A DNA stretch of 60,114 bases, filler included, from Sphacelaria rigidula (Eukaryota): assembly GCA_964200075.2 (NCBI GenBank). It is 10 parts of 10 records of this genome, joined end to end, with 100 filler letters (N's around TTAATTAATTAA, not from the genome) between each part and the next. Parts side by side here need not be neighbours in the genome. Positions count along the whole stretch, not along the records: positions 1 to 5,922 come from CAXNAA020023468.1; positions 6,023 to 11,944 come from CAXNAA020023469.1; 8 more parts are not named here. The stretch is one strand, 5' to 3'. A model generated the notes under the pieces. It did not search any database and was not told the origin of the DNA. It saw nothing but the letters and a program-made list of their open reading frames with translations. Made by a program: the position numbers and the translations under genes. Numbering within the stretch: position 1 is the stretch's first letter; every line of letters begins with the position of its first letter. Shown in pieces: positions 1-11,224 of the stretch.

Positions 1-67
1 ATCATTAGGAGCCCCTGAACCAGACAAAATTTCGCGAAAAAAGTGCACCCCTACCGTAGCATTGCTC
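1..67. mobile_element. End of a TIR element family (terminus GAGCAATGCTACGGTAGGGGTGCAC on the minus strand)
   Basis: Bases 1-67 match the reverse complement of about 53541-53610. The same terminal motif recurs at 53066 and, inverted, at about 53786-53807. Confidence 0.6.
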
Positions 68-119
68 CTTTGCAACCCAGAGGTACGAGAGATTGTGCAC
101 GATTAGTGTGCACAAGAAC

Positions 120-196
120 AGTTCTCGTCGTATCGGGATTTGAACTCGTGACCTGTATAATCTGAGGCTGTGGTATCAGTTTGATCACCGGGGTCA
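120..196 (-). mobile_element. Degenerate tRNA-derived SINE head
   Basis: Minus strand GTGACCCCGGTGATCAAACTGA...GAGTTCAAATCCCG has A-box-like and B-box-like motifs and resembles the heads at 5370-5474 and 54330-54419. Confidence 0.45.
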
Positions 197-489
197 CACA
201 AAAACTACGACGCGAAGCCCAATTTCAAGTGTTTTTGGCTGAAACTGTACAAGGATGTGGTCGACGCGAGTGCCCGTATATGCCGGAACGTTGTCATCGT
301 TTTTTTTTTTTTTAGGAAGTTATAGCATTTTCCCTGTTTTTGCTGAAACTTCAACTCGCTGTAACTTCCTGGTTTTTTTTCCCCACGTGACACCCCTTAT
401 GTGGTTGCGTGGATTGATGATAAAAGTGTCGTTTCGAAATGTCGGCGCCTAACTCTTTGAATCGCCAATAGCATCTCCACTCTTCATTT

Positions 490-1200
490 AGAAATCACTG
501 ATGGCCGGCCCAGCTCGTACAACGCGTAAAAAAGGCGTTTCCACTTCGATTTTTTCGAGAGACTTCTCGGGAGGAACCAGTTACATAAAAAGCGCTGGCC
601 TGCACTCGTGGGGTTTGTGTCAGACACCCTACTCAATATTTCGCGGTCTGTGATACTCTCTCTTACACACGTCCAACCAATACGTGCTCGTCTTATGCTC
701 ATCTCACTGAAACCTTGGTCAACCAGAAACTGTGAACTAACTGAGGGGCCACCTACAGGCATATCAATAGTCGTTGTGAAGGCCTGCATACAATCGTTGG
801 ACAACGCGAACGCTTCAATTCGTCGTCTCCATAATGAAAAAAAAATCAACACTTCCTCCCAACTTGGCAACAGCAGCATTCAAGCTGCTTATTTTCTTAG
901 AAAGACTCCACGCGAAAGTGCTACCTCCTGCAATTTCAACTTCACCGACAGCTGGCAGCAGGCTATCGGTGGTGACTTCACCTCTACGACCGGAAGCAGA
1001 CCCTGTCCGCTCCACGCCCGTAGAATCATCGAAATACGATGGTTGCTCTTCCCTGGCGGATCTTTCAACTCGTCCGCCTGTGCTTTCCTGGGTAGCCTCG
1101 GCGCGTGACAGCCCTTCTACAAAGGTCCTTGTCTGCGCCTCGAGCAGCGCCCCCAATTCTTCCAATGCACTGTCACTTGATCAGCCATCTCAGAGCAACA
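490..1200 (-). pseudogene. Degenerate LTR-retrotransposon gag fragment, probably Ty1/copia
   Basis: ORFs 815-1165 and 484-879 join by a frame change at the homopolymer near 836-845. The peptide WRRRIEAFA...RARIGWTCVRESITDREILSRV...LCNWFLPRSL resembles copia gag helical regions by eye. No pol follows. Confidence 0.5.
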
Positions 1201-1816
1201 ATCTAAGTTCGAACTTTAACGTTAATGCATTCGAATGATTGTGTTGATCAGAGGACCCTATATGCCAACAACGACCCTTTGCTGTGTGCTCAAACAGATT
1301 ACTGCCCACTTGCAGTAACTGGGAAGAAGATGACGATGTGTTGTAAGTCTTTATTATTACTATCCATACGCAAGAAATTAGGTGAACAGAGGTGAGGGAG
1401 ACGAGAGAGGAAATAGGACGTAGAGCGCTGCCCTGTCACAACAGCCTGCGATCCAAAATCTACAGCGTCGCAAGATCTGCAATATATTTCCCAGAATATA
1501 GGAGCTCGGAACACTTGGCCTTTCTCCAATCACAAGGAACGTTCTCAGTAACGATGCCAGACTGATCAAATACCCCGCAATTTCACCGCTCATGCTTCTG
1601 GCTTAGGACGTGTCGTAGCACCTCTTTTTTTCGATAAAGTGCGGTCGATTTTGTTTCGCCGATCTGATAGGTCCACCGCATTTATGTTTTCAGAAGGCTT
1701 CAACTCACTATTATAATCAGCGGCGCGCGGAGAAGAATACAACGAGGTAAAAAACAATCGTTTTCGATCGAAAACATGCGGTTGAAAGGCACGCAGCGGC
1801 ACTTCACTCTTATCTT

Positions 1817-2259
1817 AACACGGGATCTTACAAATTGGGGATGGACCTTTTTGGGGGGATGAGAAACCCGGAGAATACAAATCTTCGTATCCACACCAAA
1901 TCTTCGAAATATAGCTCCATTCCTTCATCTGCTGATAGCTATTGACAACTGCTATACGCCACAGAAATTTGGATTTCGATCACCGAAATGTTGGGGTCCT
2001 AGGTGAAAAACATATATGGAGACATTTTGGCGTCCATTCGAACACCCGGAATTCCCCCAATATGGTTTTTCACCTAGGACCCCAACATTTCGGTTATCGA
2101 GATCCAAATTTCTGTAGCGTGTAGCAGTTGTCAGTAGGTATCAGAAGGTGAAGAAATGGAACCGTATTTCGAAGATTTGGTGTGGATACGAGAATTTTAA
2201 TTCTCCGGGTTTCTCATCCCCAATAAAAGGTCCATCCCCAATTTGTAAGATCCCGTGTT
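1817..2259. mobile_element. Fold-back MITE, 443 bp, arms about 200 bp
   Basis: AACACGGGATCTTACAAATTGGGGATGGACC...GGTCCATCCCCAATTTGTAAGATCCCGTGTT, flanked by TCTT on both sides. Related copies at 28168-28560, 5876-5922 and 54424-54510. Confidence 0.92.
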
Positions 2260-2276
2260 TCTTACAAACCACCACG

Positions 2277-2600
2277 CCAAATAACACCTGTTCACAGGAC
2301 CATGCAAACTCCATCAAACTCATTCTCAGCTACCACCGCAACCCTACAGCATAGAGCGCGAGTTGAGCACAGGGATAGATACACTGCAGTAGTCGGGTGT
2401 GCTTTGTTTTTGTCAGCGAAAACTTGCGCGTCTTCTTTTGGTAGGCATCAGCGACGGGACTGCGTGGACCGGAGGGCAACCGAGTTGCGTGCACCCTCAT
2501 AGACAGTGCAGGCAGTACAAAGCTGCACGTTGCTGAAATCCTTTTCACTTCGCATTGTAAGCAGAGAGAACTGATAGTCCTGGGCTGTCTGTACTGCACA
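2277..2600 (+). repeat. Dispersed repeat, unclassified
   Basis: Colinear similarity to 51586-51910 on another contig (ATGCAAACTCCATC.AACTCATTCTCAGCTACCACCGCAACCCT...AAGCTGCACGTTGCTGAA). Confidence 0.9.
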
Positions 2601-3173
2601 CGTGGACAGATAGCACCCTGTGGGGCTCGTCTACAGGGTTCAGGGAAACTGTGCAGTGTTTCTCGCGGGGATTTGGCTGTAGGGTGTTTTTTTGCGCCAC
2701 ACAGTACGCTTCACAGGGTTTCGTCACCCCGTGTACTGTTCATTGTTGTTAACATGCTGTACAGTGTTTCAAAGCACGTACAATATGCTCCACCTTACAG
2801 CGTGAGCACGGTACTGGCAGAAAAACGGTCGAAAAGGGAAAGTGGTAGGTATTGAATTCGTGCGATTGTTGTCGGGAGCACGACGTACTGGACATTGAAC
2901 CACCTCCGATGCGTCGTTGGCAACATACGTAGTTTTGTGCTTCTAATGGATATCGGGCAAAAATCTTCATGAACGGATGATTGATTGAGTGTTTTTTTCG
3001 CGTTTTTGATCTAAAAATTCATTTCGTTCGTTTTGGTAGACATTGGACAGCTGAGGTTTCATGAGCTATGTACATATATATGCGAGGTATACACCGACAA
3101 TTCGGCATCTTCACGCCTGCAGCTGAAGCGTCGCTTCGAAGCACAGACGTGTTGACATACACTCGTAAGCAGT

Positions 3174-3662
3174 GTGTGGGATTTGTAGCCAGCGAAAGCT
3201 GTTCAGAATTTGATCCTTTAGCCCAATTGATATATGAACTGGGGGGCAATAGGATGAATTATTTTCATTTTTTTTGCTGCATCTGGGATCCCATCCGCTG
3301 GTTACGGTGCAGTATGCAGGACTCGCACAGCTGAAGCTGTTCGCAATAAGTTCTCTTTTTGCCCAACTCCCGGATGAATTGGCGCGTAAAGTGAGGATTT
3401 ATTTCGAGCTTCTTCTCCTGTTCAAATTCCAAATCTACTAGTGTTTATGGGATGTGTACAGCAGAAAAAGCTGTTCAAAATAAACCCTTTGGTTGCTCAA
3501 TTTAACTGGGCGAATAAGAGATTCATTTTGAATAGCTTCTTCTGCTGTACAAATCCCATTCATGTGTATGGGTTTTGTACAGCAGAGGAAGCTGTTCGAA
3601 ATACATCCTTTTTTTGCCCAATTTAATCGGGTGAAAAAAATATGTATTTCGAACAGCTCTCT
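3174..3662. repeat. Tandem array of about four palindromic units of about 115-130 bp
   Basis: Recurrent AAGCTGTTC arms with inverted partners. The best unit is 3447-3559 (ATGGGATGTGTACAGCAGAAAAAGCTGTTCAAAAT...ATTTTGAATAGCTTCTTCTGCTGTACAAATCCCAT). Confidence 0.75.
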
Positions 3663-5202
3663 GAATGAATAAATGTACACATTTTTCCTTTGAGGCCCTT
3701 AGAGCTGAAAAGGCTTCTAAAGACCAGAAATACAAAAAGGTGTCCTGTCCTATCCTATCTTCTCCGTCCGGGTCTCACTACGAAGCTCCGAACCACGCCC
3801 TTTTTGTTCCCGAATGGATTCGAAGCCACGTTGCGCGAAAACCCCATCCCATCGCTCTGCTAACATCAATCGAGACGCCCTCAACAAGTTTCAGCTTCAT
3901 TGGTGCTCATGACGTTGTGTTCCGCCATTGTCTCGGGGCGCACGCAAGTACACCCCATTTCAACCCCTTTTGACCAGAGCGAGTCTCGATCGAACTTCTC
4001 AGACTTGACTGTCGCTACTTTAAACGAGGCACGTTTGGAGATTGGAGGCATCACACGCAGCAAACGGCTTCCGAATCACTTAAAACATTTTTAAGAAGGT
4101 TCAGCTTCATTGCTGATTTCTTCTTTGTCTTCGCTTGTGCGTGCCGACGCCGTCCGTGGCCGAGGTAGGAGGGGGGTGTTCAGATACGTGATCGGCTTCC
4201 CGGTTTCTTATACCCGTGAAGCTTCACGTGGGGATAGAGGAGAGAGCAACCACAAACCATGATCGACTGCCCGGTTCATGACCTCGTGAAGTTTTGCGTA
4301 GGGGTAGAGAAGGGAGCAACCACGAACCGGCCAGGAAATCGATGCCAACATATATTAAGGTGAGTCCTCCCGTTAGACGGTGTAGAAGTACATTGTCGAC
4401 AACATTGCTGCCGAATCCGAGGTTGTTCGGGTGCAGAGTATGTGTACTCGTACCGTTGTACTTTCTGCAGTGTTCAGGAACCTGATGTGTTCGCGAGTAC
4501 ATGAGTCTGTTTGTGCAACCTTGCGTTACTGAAGTGTCTGTGCTTGCAGAACTGCGCTTCGCACGGCGCTTCGCACGGGGTTTGACAAGCGGATAGGAAG
4601 TGTTGACGCCGTTTCCTAGTGCGATGGTCATATTTTATGCTGCACTGCGCTACTACCTGTGTGTACCATAACAAACGGTTCTGTACTATCCTGCCCTCTT
4701 CTGCCGCTGACTTGAAGGGCGATGGCTGGCACTGCACTCGTGAACTCTTATCGCATACTGTGCACTGTTCTCGCAATATCGACTGTCGTTATGTGTTACC
4801 ACACGGCATAATGTGTACTGCGATTTTGGAGTGTATTGCACTGCATTAGACCCTGGGGTACCACGGTACGACGTTGCTCTTGAAAGATGATTCACTGCCT
4901 GCCTGTTCTTCGGCTTCATTGTGACAAGCATCCCTGCAGAAAATGATCCTCCGTGTACAGAACAATTTCAACAAATCTGTGGAACCATGACACATTTAGG
5001 CGTACACGCGAACATGAGTCCCCCCATTTCGGCACAGATCGGGGTACCGCCAAATTCGGGATTGGCTGCGATACAAGTTGGTCTGACGCCTCAGATATAG
5101 AAAAAGTGGGCTCCCGAATAAATAAAACGACGCGGGATAGGTCACAAGAGAAGGTGTGGGTGGCTTGTTATTTTCCCCTATATTGGTGATTGTACTTTTT
5201 CG

Positions 5203-5479
5203 CACAGAGGAAGGCTAGCACAGGAGTTTTTTTCTGATTTCTTCTGAGCAGTCCACCTTCCTTCTGCGGTGTTTGCCTTTTTTTTCACCGAGAAAAGGGT
5301 TCAGCGGTCCTTCCCCTCGTCGACCGTGAAGTCGAACGTTGTGTACGCACGACATGGTCGCTCTACACTCCAGCCGGTCGCCCCGGTGGCTCAATTGGCA
5401 CCCTCGACACCTTCTGACGGTTGGGTCGTGGGTTCGAATCTCAGAACGATCTGGGATTTCTTCTCATGCCCAACAGTGT
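5203..5479 (-). mobile_element. tRNA-derived SINE with inverted 5' head
   Basis: The body matches 54194-54309 and 31057-31200. The head 5370-5474 (A box TGGCTCAATTGG, B box GGTTCGAATCTC) is reversed relative to the copy at 54194-54419. Confidence 0.85.
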
Positions 5480-5789
5480 CGTGACGTCTATACAGCAAAT
5501 AAACCACTGTGTTTGACTTACTCCCCATTATAAAATCGTGAATAGCTGTAAAAAATGTAAACACTCTCACATTCACCAGCTAAGAGGTTTGTTCTGCTCG
5601 AAAATGTTATTAAACGTGGTGGGCGATTCGAAAACTATCAATCTGTCTGTAGTATGCAGCAGCAGAGACTCTCCATGGGGAGCGGAAGATGGGAACAAGT
5701 AAGCCAAGACTGGCAGTACCCGGGGACAAGGGCGCGAAATTCTCCACCTCCGGACTGAAAAACACGCCTGCTGTCGTTGAATAGAACGC

Positions 5790-5858
5790 TTGTGTTATGT
5801 TGTGTTGTGTTGTGTTGTGTTGTCTTGTCTTCCCATCTATTCTGAGCGCCAGTCTACA
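5790..5858 (-). mobile_element. 3' tail fragment of the same SINE family with (TGTGT)n
   Basis: (TGTGT)n followed by TCCCATCTATTC...GCC.GTCTACA, matching about 30976-31021. Confidence 0.7.
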
Positions 5859-5922
5859 AACAGCCAATCATCTATGTTGAGGATGGTGCTATTGATTGAG
5901 GATGAGAACCCGGAGGATTAAA

Positions 5923-6022
5923 NNNNNNNNNNNNNNNNNNNNNNNNNNNNNNNNNNNNNNNNNNNNTTAATTAATTAANNNNNNNNNNNNNNNNNNNNNN
6001 NNNNNNNNNNNNNNNNNNNNNN
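5923..6022. other. Artificial contig spacer (first of nine)
   Basis: N44-TTAATTAATTAA-N44 (stops in all six frames). Also at 11945-12044, 17967-18066, 23989-24088, 30010-30109, 36031-36130, 42052-42151, 48073-48172 and 54094-54193. The contigs between them are all 5921-5922 bp. Confidence 0.99.
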
Positions 6023-6457
6023 GACAGCCAACAATGAGTTGCTTTATTCTGTGGTATCGCCACTTCCAGGGACAGCGATGGCTTTTACACTGCCTCACGG
6101 GTGTCCAAACATTAGGCGATGGGGGGGTGAGTACGTGTGCACACGGGTCGACGTTCCAGATCCCACCCACTATCCAAAAAAAGACGCACCGCGCTTGAGC
6201 TCCTGCTCCAGCATCTCCACCAGCATCCCGTCTCTCTGACGGCCCCGCCACGTTATTCGCTCTGGCGCCCCGGCCGGTCTGCCACGACTCCCTAACTAAC
6301 AGCGCGTGGGTACCTTGCACAAAGTTATCCCACGCGACAATTTTTGCATTCATTGCTTCATCTCCATCATCCACCAGGGCTGCACAGTATACCCCAGAGC
6401 ACAAGAGCAACCCAGAAAAGCGGTCGAGAAGAGTAGGTCACGGTGCGGTGGGGGGCA

Positions 6458-6530
6458 GGGGGGGGCGTACTCATTTGTTGCTTGCCTTAGTCGTTTGACC
6501 ATTGACCACGCATCCCTTTCGAGACGGAGC
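6458..6530 (-). repeat. Dispersed repeat of about 75 bp ending at a C tract
   Basis: Reverse complement matches 39192-39272 and 42152-42208 (GGATGCGTGGTC...AAGCAACAAATGAGTACGCCCC), with a weaker copy at about 44168-44209. Confidence 0.9.
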
Positions 6531-7187
6531 AGGGGGGGGGCTTGGCCAAAGGCGAGATAATCGTTGGGCGGGTTATGAACCGGTTACAATAAACGAGTGC
6601 TCCATTTTTATTACCTTGGGTACGCCTACGTTGCGAATCATGACGACGGGTAGGTCCCTCGGGGATCACTCCATGTGCCACAATCAACCAATCACTCAAA
6701 AAAGGAGGGTTGGCGAGCACAAAGCAGTCACCAGCACCATGGAAACGATAGCGGGGCGGCGGCCTCAGTAACCATCGAAGGCCATAGCTGGCAACGCTGT
6801 AGGGGTGGAGGGCACACAAACATCGGTTTACACCTAGGGCCGAAGGTCACGAGAGTTGGGCGGCGCGTGTAATGCGCCAAGTTGACGGGGGGATTTACAG
6901 GGTTGGACCTTCACACTGCCTTGAGCAACGCTTGCGAACACTCGAGGCGCCTACCCCACATGGCCGCCTTGAGGCAGTCTAGCCAAGTCTCCGGGGAAAT
7001 CGGCACACGACCCCCCTTGCGGGGTAAGTGTTGGGTGAGCTTTCCTCCTTCCTTCAAAAGGGGGAAAAAAAAAAAACTTCGGTTTACAGGCGTATAGCGG
7101 TTAGCCAGGGGCATAGCCGCCGCAACTTGCATACGTGTAGCGGCCCACGGCCCATGGTGTGGTATACCGCAGTCAAAGCAAACTAAC

Positions 7188-8092
7188 CAGGGAGGGATAC
7201 GTGACACGTGACACAGCGTGACACGTGACGTGAACATTACGTTTTGGGCGTCACAGTTACGTTCACGTTAAATTTTTTCAACGTGATAAACGTCACGTGA
7301 ACGTGACGTTAAATTGCCCAAACGTTCAAATCACGTATTATGGAACGTTTCACGTATCACGTATCATATACGTGACACGTGACATGAAACGTTACATAAT
7401 ACGTTACACCTTATATATATATATATATATGTTCCATCGTTTCACTGTATTTTATTTTATTTGCTTTGTACTTCCTCTTTTTTTCTTTTTAGGTCGGCCA
7501 TTTCTTTCTGTGCTTTGCTTGTGTTGACTTTTTATTCTGTCACGACTTAGTCTGCTATGTCGTTCTGTTCGACCCCTCTTTTTTTCTTCTGTTCCTGTTT
7601 TTTTTCTGCTCCTTCCGTCTTCTTTTTTTCTTAGAGCGTGTTTCAAAATTCATTGCAGAGTTGAAGTGTTCACCGCTTCATGTAACGTGTTTATGACGTA
7701 TTATTTTGATTTGATTGATTGATTGATTGATTGATTGTCGCACTTTAACTGACCCCCCAGGGGTCCAGCCGTGGTCTCATGATAGACGTACGTACCCAAG
7801 AAACACGAAACTGAAACGTTACATTCAAACATGACATGTGTCAATGTCACGTTACATGGTACGTGACACGTGACAATGTCACGTTACATACTACGTTACA
7901 TGTGACGAAACGCCACGTTTAATTTTTTCAACGTGATCAACGTCACGTTCACGTTACGGTAAATTTCCAGATGGCACGCTCACGTAACGTGAAATTTTCC
8001 AAACGTGACACGCGTCACGTGTCACGTTACGTGAAATTTTGCGAACGTGATTCACGTCACGTTCACGTTCACGTGTCACGTATCCCTCCCTG
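7188..8092. mobile_element. Non-autonomous hAT-like element, 905 bp
   Basis: Perfect 24-bp TIRs CAGGGAGGGATACGTGACACGTGA / TCACGTGTCACGTATCCCTCCCTG. Flanked by an 8-bp near-duplication AAACTAAC / AAAATAAC. Dense subterminal ACGT motifs. Confidence 0.9.
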
Positions 8093-9322
8093 AAAATAAC
8101 GGACGCGGACACAAAAGTAGCTCGCCAAAAAATAAATGACGAACGAATGGATTGATAATACATATAGCGCCCCTGATGGGTGAAACGGTGCAAGGGTCGG
8201 ACGTATGAATGATTCATCTCGAAATTACTTGATTCTAGTGTGATTGATTCGTACCGGCCGAATCAATCCCTAGGCTTTGTTTTCTGCGCTGCAACTGAGG
8301 TACGCGAAGCCCAGGCACGTGGACTGGCGCAAAAAGAGTCGACTTTTCTCTCTATTTTGAACATTCACGCCTAAGAAATCGTGGATTTGGTGATTCGAAC
8401 CGGTAATGATTCGTCCGAGCCGTGGAGCGGTGACGGAACGAAAAGGCGTGGGTCTCTTTGAGACCCGGATAGGATTCATCTACCTGACAAAGTTCAAGTA
8501 CGTTTGAATGTTTGGTCATTGGGGTCCAATTTTTCACCGCGAATGGAACATAACGGAACTGCGTGTGTGTGGGGGGAGGGATGTCTGGGTTGACATGTAT
8601 TTTTTGGTGTTGGCATTTCTCTGATCAACTGCCCTGCTTCGACGAGTGCTGTGTGATCCCACTGCTTAATCCGTCCCGACACGCGTATTTGACCAGCACA
8701 CTGATTCTCTGAAGACCATACACCGTCCTTTCTTTCGGGGCGCGCGAACGGTCATGTTCCACTTGTCGAACCGACGCCATCAGTTTTCATTTTGTTGATG
8801 AACATCCATCGACTGTCTCACCACCAAAAAATGGTCATGCTCAGTCGTTGCTTTGCGCTCAGTGGTTCTACGTGAAAACAAAAGTACTGAAGGCCAATAT
8901 TTCAACGCGCAATACACGCTCTTGAAAGTACTCGTACAAGGGGCAGGGGGCAGGGGGGAGGACGCGGGGTTAACAATAACCGCAGTGGTTACCGTTCACC
9001 AATTCTGTTCCATTCGTGGACGCTCTTCCAGAACGGCGTGCATCCACATGCACACACGTCAGGTAGCATTCGTGCTGAAACCAAACGAAACAACCCTCAA
9101 CAAACCATCCTCCTGGTTAGTTTTTGCACGAAATCATCACACACACGCGCGCACGCACGCACACATGCTATTTCTGCCTGTTTCTATAGCTCTTAGTCTG
9201 TCTCTCTGCAGTTTTCTCTCCCTCTCTAATATCACACGGACACACCTATATTCCACGCACTTTAACTAACCACCCGTGCAGACTGTGTTGCATTTCGTCC
9301 AGCAACAGCGACGCAGTATTAC

Positions 9323-9509
9323 CTGATCGCGCCATATCATCCAGAGTGTCATGCGCTGCCGGCCCTCTCGCGAGGGGGTGCTTGCGGTAGGAGGGCGTCA
9401 GACCCTGGAGCATACTATTCACCACAGCCTGCAGTCGTGACACGGCCAAATCTCTGCTGCTGCTCCTGCTGCCGGTGTCCACCATGGCACCACCCGTCGA
9501 CCCAGGCAC
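9323..9509 (-). CDS. Probable downstream exon of the same gene (VPGSTGG...LQAVVNSMLQGL...DDMARS)
   Basis: TATTAG acceptor, only frame 0 is open, candidate donor CAG|GTAATA. Confidence 0.55.
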
Positions 9510-9792
9510 CTAATATACAACATCGGCAGCAACACACTCATCGCCATCACCGTCATCCAACAGCAGCGTCAAAGGTACATACGTACGCCGCAAAACAAAG
9601 ACAACGACACCACCCAGCGGTCGAATGAACTCATCACGCATCCCGCAGAAGACGGCGACGGCACCTCATTTGACGCCGCCGTCACACACGTTAAATAATA
9701 ATGACGGGCGCAACATCGGCAAGGGCGGTAGGATATCCGGCAAGGCAATATTCAGTCACGAGGAACAGCGACGTGTGCTAGAAAGCCCAGAT

Positions 9793-9812
9793 CAACCACA
9801 ACCACAACAACA

Positions 9813-9843
<31 letters not shown>

Positions 9844-9845
9844 CG
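9793..9845. repeat. (CAA/CAG)n microsatellite
   Basis: Directly visible trinucleotide run. Confidence 0.9.
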
Positions 9846-9972
9846 ATAACTTGCAACTCATGACCCATATCTGTTTTGCCCTGAAATTTCATGCCATGTG
9901 CAAATTTTATCGATCCGTGCACACAGCCTCCGCCGCGATTCTACACGACCGATGGCCGTCTTCATGACGCAC

Positions 9973-10746
9973 CCAAAACTTAAGGAGAATTCCAGGAAAC
10001 ATGAGACCGCAGAATGGGGCGTCCCCGTCTCCATCATCGCAGTCGAGCTTCCGCTTCTTGGTCGTTGTTGCGGGCAACGGATCGTTCCCCGGATGATGAC
10101 TCCGGTGATTCCGTGGACAACCATCGGCCGTGGTCGTATGCGGGCCCCCGTCGCCTGGAATACTGTCACGAGCTGTATGTCTCGCCGTGGTGTGCGCAGG
10201 TGCAGCACCCAAAGCTGTATCCTGCGCTTCTGCTGGTCCGCGTCGCCCATCCATCTCATCACGTCCTTTACGACCGCCGCCACTACCTCCACCGCCGCCG
10301 CCGCCATCGCCGTCGCCGCCACCGCCATTAACACCGGTCGATATATCACCTACCCGGTTTCCGACCGCCTGCTCTCTGCCGCGACGAGAAACGTTGGGAA
10401 AATTCTCACTGCTGTTGTTTTGGATGCCGTTGACCGCATTCTCGAACCCAACGCGGACGTCGGTACCGTTGACCAGCCCACCCTGGGGCGGCTCACCTTC
10501 CAATCGATCCCCATGACCCCGCCCTCCCCGTGCTCCTCCGCGCTCCGGCATGGCCTTCGAAGGGTCCTTAGACTCCCTCGACAGCGCTGCTGCCCCCTTT
10601 CTCGGCGCCCCCGCTGTTGATCCTGCAGTGGTGGTGGTGGTGGTGGTCGTCGTAGTGGTGGGGCTGTTGTTACTGCTGCTACTGCCGCCGCCCGTGGGGT
10701 ACGCGATGCTTTGGATTAGCGGGTATTCCGCTTCGTAGACGCCACC
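9973..10746 (-). CDS. Large Gly/Thr-rich exon of the same gene (GGVYEAEYPLIQSIAYP...KKRKLD...GLMFPGILLKFW)
   Basis: 258 open codons between a TACAG acceptor and a TGG|GTGCGT donor. Includes most of ORF 9907-10551. KKRK is NLS-like. Confidence 0.75.
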
Positions 10747-10930
10747 CTGTATGCGAAGAAGCAGTGTGCCCTCAATTTCTTCGGAGCGCTGCTGCTGATT
10801 CTTCTGCTTTTGCTTCTGTTTTTGCTGTTGTTGTTGGACATCTTCGCCGGCAGCACGGGGTGCAGCGCTGCGGACATTTGATAGTAATCAGAGGAGGGGG
10901 CAGGGGAAGGGGGAAGCAAATGAACCTCAC

Positions 10931-11012
10931 CTGCATTTTGAGTCTGCCTCCGTGAAAAGGCCACAAACTTCCGACGTATAATATCATCACTTTTTTGCAT
11001 TTCCCGCGCGTC
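10931..11012 (-). CDS. Exon of the same gene (TRGKCKKVMILYVGSLWPFHGGRLKMQ)
   Basis: 82 bp, phase 2 to 0, donor CAG|GTGAGG, in phase with both neighbours. The acceptor is an atypical GAG. Confidence 0.65.
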
Positions 11013-11224
11013 CTCACCAAAAAGGGGCACAGGTGTATGTCAAATGCAAGGTATGTCAGAAAAAAAATGGGAGGAAACACTTGGCAGGACGTGCCACAAA
11101 CACTTTCCTGGACACTATACAAGACCTCCATTGCATCTGCGCCCCTGTGCGCCGGACGTGATCCCGCCGATGTTTATCGGGGCAAAGTACAACAATCGCA
11201 CCGGACATGGCGTGTTCTCCTCAC

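Noticed and set aside
4230..4900. Cys/His-rich minus-strand frames as zinc fingers
   Set aside because: Spacing does not fit a known finger and the frames are interrupted by stops.
5374..5450. Functional tRNA gene (possible TCT anticodon)
   Set aside because: Stems are imperfect and the head is attached to a dispersed repeat body in more than one copy, so it is a SINE head.
5967..5978. TTAATTAATTAA recurring about every 6021 bp as a biological periodic motif
   Set aside because: It sits inside N runs and is an artificial contig separator. ORFs running into X are artefacts.
9735..9777. LFLVTEYC as a protein kinase hinge motif
   Set aside because: No other kinase motifs (HRD, DFG, Gly loop) in neighbouring exons.
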